From: Leptolyngbyaceae cyanobacterium
GTDB lineage: Bacteria; Cyanobacteriota; Cyanobacteriia; Phormidesmidales; Phormidesmidaceae
DNA length: 64,000 bases
Assembly: GCA_965263355.1 (NCBI GenBank)
Contig: CBDHHL010000032.1
Span: 2,592,001-2,656,000 of the forward strand
Direction of reading: 5' to 3'
The position numbers and the translations under genes were made by a program. The notes beneath the pieces were generated by a model. The model did not search any database. It worked only from the letters and a program-made list of their open reading frames with translations, and was not told where the DNA came from. Positions 10,894 to 18,562 of the stretch are shown here, piece by piece; positions within the stretch are counted from its first letter, which is position 1; each line of letters opens with the position of its first letter.

Positions 10894-10912
10894 GTCTAAC
10901 AATATATTAGGC
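10894..10912 (-). other. Short att-like simple site
   Basis: GCCTAA-TATATT-GTTAGAC on the minus strand, just downstream of the nuclease stop codon. Confidence 0.55.
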
Positions 10913-10930
10913 TTCTATTTAGTAGGTTCA

Positions 10931-11836
10931 TCATATTAAACCAAGGACACGACGCACGGCATTATCCAAATCCTCGCCTGAAGGAAGATTTACTCCAGTT
11001 ATAAATCGACGGGAGAATTCTTCTAATTCAAACTTAATTTCTCTCGAAAGAACAAGATGACGTTGTGATCCATGCTGAACTGGCTCAGATAATGAGTAAG
11101 TATGAACTGTCAAAACATCTGGTGCATTGGTATTCACAAGGGGAATATCAGTGCCAATGACATTCTCAAATTTTCTGTATACGATGTCTGGGAGTAAAAA
11201 GTACAAACCGCTTTTGACCAAAGTCGACCTTGAGTAAATCAGTCCTTTGCGTATCAACTGTGGGATTAAACGTTTATGCACATTGGCCCAGTTCATACCA
11301 TGTCCAGATTTTGGAATTAGCGTATCTGATGAGGTTAAGTTTTTGTAAGCATACCAGTTGTCACGATAGTTTCCAGTGATGTCAATGCTTTGAACTTCAA
11401 TACCTACATACTCGATAAGCTCTCCGTTATCAACTTTAGCTAATACCCAGTCCATGGATAGGCTCGTTCCCAATTTGACTTCCCTGCCTGATGTTTGCCC
11501 CAGAGCAACAATACACTCTGCGACTTCATTTCGACGAGGAATATATTCTTCATAGGTTAGAAACTCAAAGCCATCTCCAAATGCATCATGTACGACTCTT
11601 CTCAAGGAAGCATATCGACTTTCATACATTCGGTTAGGACAAATTATGCAGTCTCCATAAGGGGACGTGACGCTGCATGTTCCATAGGTAATAGTTTGAT
11701 CGTGATTTGTCTTAGTGCATGCTTTTTCAATAAATGGACATGCTCCCAACTTCCATAAACTTCGACTCACATCAGATAAATCATCTGGTGCATATCCAAA
11801 GATCTCAACAATATCTTTTCTGGGCCTTTGCACCAT
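10931..11836 (-). CDS. NotI-family restriction endonuclease
   Basis: EIFGY, four-Cys pattern CPF..C..GTCSV..ICPNR, D...EVQ catalytic motif, RLIPQLIRKG. Confidence 0.8.
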   Translation of the reverse strand: MVQRPRKDIVEIFGYAPDDLSDVSRSLWKLGACPFIEKACTKTNHDQTITYGTCSVTSPYGDCIICPNRMYESRYASLRRVVHDAFGDGFEFLTYEEYIPRRNEVAECIVALGQTSGREVKLGTSLSMDWVLAKVDNGELIEYVGIEVQSIDITGNYRDNWYAYKNLTSSDTLIPKSGHGMNWANVHKRLIPQLIRKGLIYSRSTLVKSGLYFLLPDIVYRKFENVIGTDIPLVNTNAPDVLTVHTYSLSEPVQHGSQRHLVLSREIKFELEEFSRRFITGVNLPSGEDLDNAVRRVLGLI

Positions 11837-11839
11837 TTT

Positions 11840-13003
11840 CTAGTTACCTATCATGATTTTTATGGATTCTCCAATGGCCTTTGCCATCAGTGGTGGAACC
11901 GCATTACCAACCTGTTCATACTGTTGAGTGACGCTTCCTGTGAATTTGTAGTGATCTGGAAAGGATTGGATACGAGCTGCTTCACGCACTGAAATTACTC
12001 GATCCTGTTCTGGATGGAAAAAGCTACCCCAATGTGGATCACATTTTGTTAAAACAGTTGAGCATAAGGATTCAGGGTGTAGTCTTCCGTAGCGTTTAGT
12101 GTGGTCACTACGTCGTGCCCTTTTCATCCCAGCAGGTAAGAGTTCATAGGGAATATCACGCCAGCTTCCGCCTTGTGGAATATGTTTTAATCTTTCCAAA
12201 TTTACTTTTCCTAAATTTGCACAACTATGATTCCAGACTTGATGTGAATCATGGCGTAAGTGAGCTTGATATTCATTCTGAGGAGCTTTTGCATAATCCA
12301 GAGCTTCGTTTCTACTTCCACTCTCGATAGATGGCAAATCAGAAATAGCCTCCCATACGGTTGTGTGTTGCTTTAGGGTCGAAGCAAAAAGCGGAGGAAT
12401 GTCAAAACACAACTCTTTTGCTCCTGCAAAGTTTGCAATAGCTCTAGCATTATACGTAGGCTTTGGAAATTCGATTTCTTTAGTATGTTGTCTAATACCA
12501 ATAAATATCGTCCTGAAACGCATTTGTGGCACACCATAATGTCCAGCGAACAAAATGCGATGTTTAACAACGTATCCCAATGATTGAAGCACCTTATAAA
12601 TTTGTTCAACTACTGTGCCTTTGCCAAGTTGGACAATCCCCGTAACATTTTCAATTAAGATTGCTTTAGGCTTTAAGACGGCAACTACTCGAAGAAAGTC
12701 TTTAAATAGATGATTGCGTTCATCATCAAGGCTTCTTACAGGTGCATTTACTGAAAAACCTTGACAAGGTGGCCCCCCAGCCAATAGATCCAACTCACCA
12801 ACCTTAAGATTAAGCTTTTGCTTCAAATCTAGCTCAAATACCTGACGAACATCGCTAACGATAACTTTGACACTGGGATGATTTTTTTGGTATGTCTCTG
12901 CGTACTGACCCACTATTTCATTAGCCAATATGGCTTGGAAACCAGCCATTTCCAACCCACACGATAAACCACCTGCACCAGCGAATAAATCAATAAACTT
13001 CAC
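11840..13003 (-). CDS. DNA (cytosine-5)-methyltransferase
   Basis: DLFAGAGG, GGPPCQGFS, ENV, QMRFR and QVGNAVPP motifs. Confidence 0.95.
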   Translation of the reverse strand: MKFIDLFAGAGGLSCGLEMAGFQAILANEIVGQYAETYQKNHPSVKVIVSDVRQVFELDLKQKLNLKVGELDLLAGGPPCQGFSVNAPVRSLDDERNHLFKDFLRVVAVLKPKAILIENVTGIVQLGKGTVVEQIYKVLQSLGYVVKHRILFAGHYGVPQMRFRTIFIGIRQHTKEIEFPKPTYNARAIANFAGAKELCFDIPPLFASTLKQHTTVWEAISDLPSIESGSRNEALDYAKAPQNEYQAHLRHDSHQVWNHSCANLGKVNLERLKHIPQGGSWRDIPYELLPAGMKRARRSDHTKRYGRLHPESLCSTVLTKCDPHWGSFFHPEQDRVISVREAARIQSFPDHYKFTGSVTQQYEQVGNAVPPLMAKAIGESIKIMIGN

Positions 13004-13205
13004 GCAAATAATTTTAAAGCACCGATAGATTCTACCAAAATCAGTGAGCGATCCATTTGGCTTGAGTGAGTAAGATGAGGTCTTATGAGCCCAGTCTTGA
13101 GACAGGTTTTTAGAGCTACTGATTTAGAAGTGTCTCAAACCTCAAAAATTTGTACTCATAGCAAGATTGAAATTCATGCGGCTGGGTAACAGGGTGTTGT
13201 TGGTA

Positions 13206-13287
13206 GCCTAACTTTGAGCTGAGCGGCGGGCAATACTTTTGCCTCTACCTGGACTTTAAATCCGTCCGCTCCTTCACAGAGTTAGAC
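13206..13287 (-). repeat. attC site
   Basis: GCCTAAC...GCTGAGCGGCGGG...GTTAGAC; identical to 9984-10052 from CTGAGC onward. Confidence 0.85.
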
Positions 13288-13294
13288 GGCAAGA

Positions 13295-13406
13295 GCGATC
13301 GCACCTCGCCTGTAGGTTGGGTTGAGTTAGCGAAACCCAACAATATCAGAGCGATCGCACCTCGCCTGTAGGTTGGGTTGAGTTAGCGAAACCCAACAAT
13401 ATCAGA
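13295..13406 (+). repeat. Tandem duplication (56 bp) of a HIP1+REP unit
   Basis: GCGATCGCACCTCGCCTGTAGGTTGGGTTGAGTTAGCGAAACCCAACAATATCAGA twice. Confidence 0.9.
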
Positions 13407-13414
13407 ATATTCAC

Positions 13415-13957
13415 CTAATCCCAATCCATCTTTTCCATCATTTTAATTTCTCCACCAGCACCCCAATCACTCGGATAATACCCCCGCTCAACATACCCAT
13501 GAAAACTTGAATACGACCAATCGCACGGAGAGTCAACTAACTGGTGACTGACCGGATTATAGTGAATATAGTCAACATGTCGTGAAAAATCTTTTTCATC
13601 GCGAATCTGATGCTCCCAAAATCGACGCTGCCAGATAGCTTGTTCTTTTTTCGTCTGGCGGCTTGATGACCGTTGTCGCTTGTAATGTGCTGGGCAATGT
13701 CAGCTGAAATACGTCTTAATCAATCGCCAACGGGTGGAAAAATCGGCATCTCCGTCGGGCAAGGTCCAGATGCAATGTAGATGGTCGGGTAGTACCACAA
13801 TTGCGTCAATATTAAACGGATGACGTTGTTTGACGGTGTGGAAGGCTTCGCGCAGTAGTTGAATCGTTTGCTCAGTTTTGAAGAGGTGCTGGCGGTTGTA
13901 GGTGACTATGGTGAAGACGTAGGTTGCACCGGGTGTGGTGGCGCGGCGGTATTGCAT
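13415..13957 (-). pseudogene. RAYT copy 2, one in-frame stop
   Basis: Nearly identical to copy 1; same TGA at 13700; reads on to ...DWSYSSFHGYVERG...MDWD*. Confidence 0.9.
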
Positions 13958-14011
13958 GGGGGTGGCCTATCGGATGTAGGTTTAGGATAGGCAGGATGAG
14001 GGCTAGGATAA

Positions 14012-14120
14012 CTGTGGGTGTTGGGTTTCATGATTCAACCCAACCTACGGCGAGGTGCGATCGCTCTGTGGGTGTTGGGTTTCATGATTCAACCCAACCT
14101 ACGGCGAGGTGAGATCGCTC
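14012..14120 (-). repeat. Tandem duplication (54 bp) of a REP+HIP1 unit
   Basis: CTGTGGGTGTTGGGTTTCATGATTCAACCCAACCTACGGCGAGGTG(C/A)GATCGCT twice. Confidence 0.9.
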
Positions 14121-14144
14121 TCTAAAGATTGCTTAGAGTGCTCG

Positions 14145-14173
14145 TGTATCGCCGTTGCAACACAGTGTTAGCT
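14145..14173 (-). repeat. Partial attC (one arm)
   Basis: GCCGTTGCAACACAGTGTTAGCT just after a stop codon; the other arm is not recognisable. Confidence 0.5.
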
Positions 14174-14190
14174 GGTTTGGGCAGACGCTA

Positions 14191-14721
14191 CTATGCAGCT
14201 AGCAAGCGACTCATTTGCTCTTTCAGTAATGGAGATACCGTCAAAGGCTTGTATGTTTCACCTTCGTAAGGCTGCCAAACATAGCCTGAACTAAACGCTC
14301 TAAATAAAGATGGTGAACCAAGTAACTGCCAAGTACCCTCAGATAAAACCAATCCTGGTATATTCAGGGTAGATGACTCATTTGATAATTCGTCAAACGT
14401 CCTGAATTCATCAACTTCAAGGCCGACTAAGGCATAGCGAAAGGTAGGAGCAGACTGCAAATATTGATAAAGCAGAATACCTACCTCTGTCATTAAGTAA
14501 GCTGAGTCTGGCGTTTCAATGCCGATTGTGCTTATGCCATCAGGACATATCCGACACCACCAGTTTTCATCAATGTCTTGAAAAATAGTGGGACGGCATT
14601 GAGATTGAGAACCATTTGATAGCGACCATGAAACAGCCTCAAAATGTTGAGCGAATTGAGCTGCTGTGATCTGGTCTGAGCCACATTCCGCCGATAGACT
14701 AAATACCCATGCCATCATCAA
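14191..14721 (-). CDS. Hypothetical protein, putative antitoxin/immunity partner
   Basis: Acidic 176-aa ORF overlapping the upstream ART-like gene in the same cassette. Confidence 0.6.
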   Translation of the reverse strand: MMMAWVFSLSAECGSDQITAAQFAQHFEAVSWSLSNGSQSQCRPTIFQDIDENWWCRICPDGISTIGIETPDSAYLMTEVGILLYQYLQSAPTFRYALVGLEVDEFRTFDELSNESSTLNIPGLVLSEGTWQLLGSPSLFRAFSSGYVWQPYEGETYKPLTVSPLLKEQMSRLLAA

Positions 14722-15163
14722 TCACCTTTTGCCAATAGTTCTGAGTTTTTGCTAATGCTGCCTCATACCGCTCTAGTAGCATTGTAACCCTTGGCATAAT
14801 GCTGACATGGGTAGCGCTGTCTTGGATGGCTTCTAAATCACCATCAATATATTTGCTGTCAATTTGCCATAAGGGATCTCGACCGGTTCCTCCGAAAGCC
14901 TTGGGTTTCCGAAAAGGTGGCAACCCCTCAATAGATAGCGATGTGGACATGCCTTTTGTAGTTCTGATAGCGACTTCCACCTGTAACCCTGAATCATCTC
15001 GTTTCGCCTCAGGATGCAAATAACCTTGAGCATCGAGCCAACCTTGCAGCATATGAGACACATCAATATCTACTCCAGGTCTAATTCCTAGAAGACGAGC
15101 GCTACGACCTAATTTTGGTTTGCCATCCGCTGCTGCCATACCTCGATAGTAAAGCCGTGCCAT
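14699..15163 (-). CDS. Putative Tse2-like ADP-ribosyltransferase toxin
   Basis: YYRG, GMSTS and HVSIMP..M...Y...L pattern recalled from ART/Tse2-like toxins; not searched. Confidence 0.55.
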   Translation of the reverse strand: MARLYYRGMAAADGKPKLGRSARLLGIRPGVDIDVSHMLQGWLDAQGYLHPEAKRDDSGLQVEVAIRTTKGMSTSLSIEGLPPFRKPKAFGGTGRDPLWQIDSKYIDGDLEAIQDSATHVSIMPRVTMLLERYEAALAKTQNYWQKVIDDGMGI

Positions 15164-15255
15164 CAGGTTATCGGAGATTCACTTCAGAGGTTATGCTAAA
15201 CCACTTGTGGCATACAAAAGGAATATATTAAGGCTTCTTGTATATCGATACTGAC

Positions 15256-15340
15256 AGCTAACGAGTAGCTGAGCGGCGGTCGGTATTTCTGTTTCAGTGC
15301 CTGGATTATAAATTCCGTCCGCTCCTGCGCAGGGTTAGCT
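15256..15340 (-). repeat. attC site
   Basis: AGCTAAC GAGTA GCTGAGCGGCGG...CCGTCCGCTCCTGC GCAGG GTTAGCT, 8 nt from the stop at 15348. Confidence 0.88.
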
Positions 15341-15347
15341 GGCTACA

Positions 15348-15695
15348 TCAAATGTAAAGAATTTGGTTTTCCATTTCATCTGCTGTAGTGCTGTCGAGAA
15401 TTGTAAGTAATCTACGCACGATTTCTGTATAGGGCCTTCTAACTGCAATGATAATTCCAGAATGAGATTTATTTGTATTAAAGTACTCTTGGGCAAGACT
15501 TTCAAAGTCAGTGCGATTGTGCGTTAAGATGGCCGCTCCAAGGCTAGTTGCAAATTCTAATTGCTCTGCATCCGATTTCCTACGCTGTCCGGCTTGTGTT
15601 GTTGTCGTTGCATTGAAACCACGAGAACGCAAAAGATTTGAAATTAGAACGTCAACGTCTTCGTCCAAATAAACGTGAATAAAAATACCACTCAT
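15348..15695 (-). CDS. PIN-like toxin (DUF5615/VapC45-like)
   Basis: YLDEDV, SDAEQLEFA, ILTHNRTDF and HSGII motifs. Confidence 0.85.
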   Translation of the reverse strand: MSGIFIHVYLDEDVDVLISNLLRSRGFNATTTTQAGQRRKSDAEQLEFATSLGAAILTHNRTDFESLAQEYFNTNKSHSGIIIAVRRPYTEIVRRLLTILDSTTADEMENQILYI

Positions 15696-15699
15696 ACAG

Positions 15700-15981
15700 T
15701 CATAAGTTCCGCACTCGTGGGTCAATCAGCTCATCAGGAATACGATTTCGCTCAATGTATTCGTTGATTTCTGCTTGATGATCCAGATAATAGCTGAGTG
15801 CATCAAAAACCTGGGATAAACCGAGGTGTGGCAGTCTTTGGGGGATTTCCTCAGGTGAAACTCCAATACGCCACATTTTTACAATTGCTCTAACAGGCGT
15901 ACGAGTACCTTTAATAATAGGTTCACTGCTCAGTATTTCGTCATTTCTGACAATATGGCAGTGCTCTGTCGTTTGTACCAT
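15700..15981 (-). CDS. DUF433-family antitoxin
   Basis: PIIKGTRTPV...PHLGLSQVFDALSYY. Confidence 0.9.
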   Translation of the reverse strand: MVQTTEHCHIVRNDEILSSEPIIKGTRTPVRAIVKMWRIGVSPEEIPQRLPHLGLSQVFDALSYYLDHQAEINEYIERNRIPDELIDPRVRNL

Positions 15982-16115
15982 ACTGATATTCCAGAGGGAT
16001 CAATAATATATAGAATCAGTTCTATTTTAGCTTGAAAGGAAATTTCCAAGCCGGTTCAATTTATTAGGGCTGAGTCGTTAGAAAATCATCAAAAACATAG
16101 GATAAATCGAGATGC

Positions 16116-16586
16116 TCAACTTCGAACACGCCTACGGACGGGAAGACGTGCATCCACATCAACTTCGTATGCAATGCACAATTCACGAATATTTTGACAA
16201 GCATCGATAGCCCAATTGACCCGCTCCGTAGCGTAGGTCAAACCACAACTACTAACCCCATGCACCAATCGATGTCGCAACCGAAATGCTTTCAAGAGCC
16301 CATCCCAATCTCTGACAACATCAGGTAAGCGTTGATTAACGTTTGGAAATACTTCTTCCTTCCACAGATTTTTGTAAGCTTTACATCCATGACAGCCATC
16401 TAGTTTAGCCCGAATGTCCACATTGGGAGATGTTCCAAGTGCAATAATTGAACGACGAACAGTCCACTCAAAATGGATTACTGAGAGTAATGCTGATAGT
16501 GATGGGTCTTCAGCCAACAATTTTTGAATTCGTTGCTCTCTCGCTGAGCTAGAATCTTTCACTAAAAACATTAGTTTTTCTTTCAA
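16116..16586 (-). CDS. Hypothetical helical protein with HEPN-like RxxxxH motif
   Basis: FEWTVRR near the N-terminus and RHRLVHG; start may be ATG 16571. Confidence 0.55.
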   Translation of the reverse strand: MKEKLMFLVKDSSSAREQRIQKLLAEDPSLSALLSVIHFEWTVRRSIIALGTSPNVDIRAKLDGCHGCKAYKNLWKEEVFPNVNQRLPDVVRDWDGLLKAFRLRHRLVHGVSSCGLTYATERVNWAIDACQNIRELCIAYEVDVDARLPVRRRVRS

Positions 16587-16703
16587 GAACCGCTCTTAAC
16601 AATGATAATCCGGTTCTCATAGCAAGTTGCCAGCTAAAGAATCTATGCAAGCCGTGAGAGGCTATAGAATCCAGCTATCCCCTCTTATACTTGGAGAAAC
16701 GTT

Positions 16704-17749
16704 ATGAAGATTCTAGCGATTGACCTGGGCAAAGTCAACTGTGTACGTGTCTGCTGGACACGGAAAGTAACGCGACTGAATTTGATACGTTTAAGACGTA
16801 CCGACGGGAATTTAAAGAAATATTACATCTTACTCAACCCCACTTGGTAGTAGTGGAAACATGTTCGATTACCGGATGGGTGCATGATCTGTGTGTTGCT
16901 GAAGACTATCAAGTACTGGTGGCCGATCCCAGTCAGGAGGCGTGGCGTTGGAAAAACGTCAAACGCAAAACGGATAAAGACGATGCACTGAAGTTAGCAA
17001 AACTGGCGGCTCTCGAGCAGATCAACCCAGTGTACGTGCCTGCACCAGAGACTCGACAATATCGGCACTTGGTGAAGTATCGAAAAGTGGTGGTTTGGCG
17101 TATCAATCGGGTTCAAAATGCGATTCGTGCGTTGTTTGATCAACACGGGGTGAAAATACCATCAGGTCACCGAGCCTGGACCATCCAGGGGATTGACGAA
17201 TTAAGCCAACACCGCCGAGTGCTGGCGGAGTGCGATGAGCACAATCTATGGCGTGGGGAATTAGAGTTAGAATTAACGATGCTGGACCAACTATGGGAGC
17301 ACCTGGCAACCATTGAACGGAAATTAGAAATACTCGCAAAGCAGGAGGAGCGCATCCAACTATTGCAGACCATTCCTGGGGTTGGTCGTAAAACAGCCGA
17401 AGTGATTGTCACTTGTTTGGATGATCCGAAGCGATTTGAAAATTCGCGGCAAGTGTGTGCCTATGCTGGATTAATACCCCAACAACATCAATCCGGACAA
17501 ACCAATCGCTTGGGTAAGATTACTAAACGGGGACCAAGATTACTCCGAACGGCATTAGTGGAAGTGTCCTGGCTGATGTTGCGTCACAACGAATGGGCGG
17601 CAGCTACTTATGCACGCATTAGTGGAGGACAGAAGACCCGCAAGAAAACAGCGATTGTAGCCGTTGCCCGGAAGTTGTTGGTGCGATGTTGGGCAATGTT
17701 GTTACACAACCAGCCGTGGAATCCAGAGTTAGCTCAGCCAACAACATAG
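16704..17749 (+). pseudogene. IS110 transposase, frameshifted near the 5' end
   Basis: TGTGTACGTG versus TGTGTATCGTG in copy 1 (1-bp deletion near 16745); the 301-aa ORF lacks the first catalytic Asp. Confidence 0.85.
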
Positions 17750-18093
17750 ATAACAATATCTAGAAGAGAGAATGAAGAGAACAAAGTGAGACTCTAGCAT
17801 GAGCTTGAAGCTCCACGTAATCTGAAACAAGGTTGCTCTAACGAATAAGCCATGCACCTTTGTAAAAACTCTTGAGACAATGCAGTAGAACACACGTTCA
17901 AATAGCATTGACACCTCGGATAGTCGGTTAAATCCACTTTGCCCTCATTAATTCTCAATCAAAAAGACAGTCCTAAGAACAAAGGTAAATCATCTTGACT
18001 AACAACAAGATGAGAGATTGATGTGGATAGAAAATGAGAGACTCTCCGAAAAAATATGCCGAAACCCACTTGACACGTTCACGGCTTCATAGT
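17750..18093 (+). ncRNA. Candidate bridge/seek RNA region of IS copy 2
   Basis: Uninterrupted guide-like loop at 17797-17855 with AGCTCCACGT and GCTCTAACG. Confidence 0.7.
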
Positions 18094-18172
18094 CGGGGAG
18101 CTGAGCGGCGGTCAATACTTTTGCATTGACGCCTAAATGGTAAATTCCGTCCGCTCCTGCGTAGGGTTAGGC
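18094..18172 (-). repeat. attC site (interrupted by IS copy 2; remaining AGCTAA at 16632-16637)
   Basis: CGGGGAGCTGAGCGGCGG...TCCGTCCGCTCCTGCGTAGGGTTAGGC. Confidence 0.85.
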
Positions 18173-18359
18173 AGCAGGGCCAGGGGCATTATCCGCTGCC
18201 TTGAGGAATTAATTTATGAGCATGGTGCGGTCCTAAAAATGTATCGATAGGGCATTGGGCGTTGCAGCAGGGGCCGCACCCTACAGCTTGCTATGGGAAA
18301 CTGATTAATGGATTAAATTTTTCAATCAAACTCATAAAAACTCCTCCACATCAAGCATT

Positions 18360-18562
18360 GGGTGTGACCTGAATTTAATGTGGTTCAAATGATCTACAAT
18401 ATGTATACTCCTTTGAGCCTAGCTTTGAGAATAATTCGATGTCTCGGGTTGCTATTCTGAGCCCTGCCTCAAAAGTTCACATCGTTTTTCGTTTACGCTA
18501 AGAACTATATAGAGTAGGCGATCTAAGCGAAAAATGGTAGACATCATATTTAGGTCACACCC
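18360..18562. mobile_element. 203-bp MITE
   Basis: TIRs GGGTGTGACCTGAAT / ATTTAGGTCACACCC (14 of 15 match) flanked by the 8-bp direct repeat CAAGCATT (18352-18359, 18563-18570). Confidence 0.88.

Larger units (their letters stand above)
16638..18093 (+). mobile_element. IS110-family (IS1111-type) element, copy 2, inserted in an attC
   Basis: Same ends as copy 1; removal restores AGCTAA|CGGGGAGCTGAGCGG. Confidence 0.92.

Noticed and set aside
15982..16115. attC between DUF433 and the HEPN-like gene
   Set aside because: A GTTAGA is present but no matching TAAC or paired arms
7498..18093. Composite transposon bounded by the two IS110 copies
   Set aside because: Each copy sits in its own attC at the same position, which indicates independent targeted insertions
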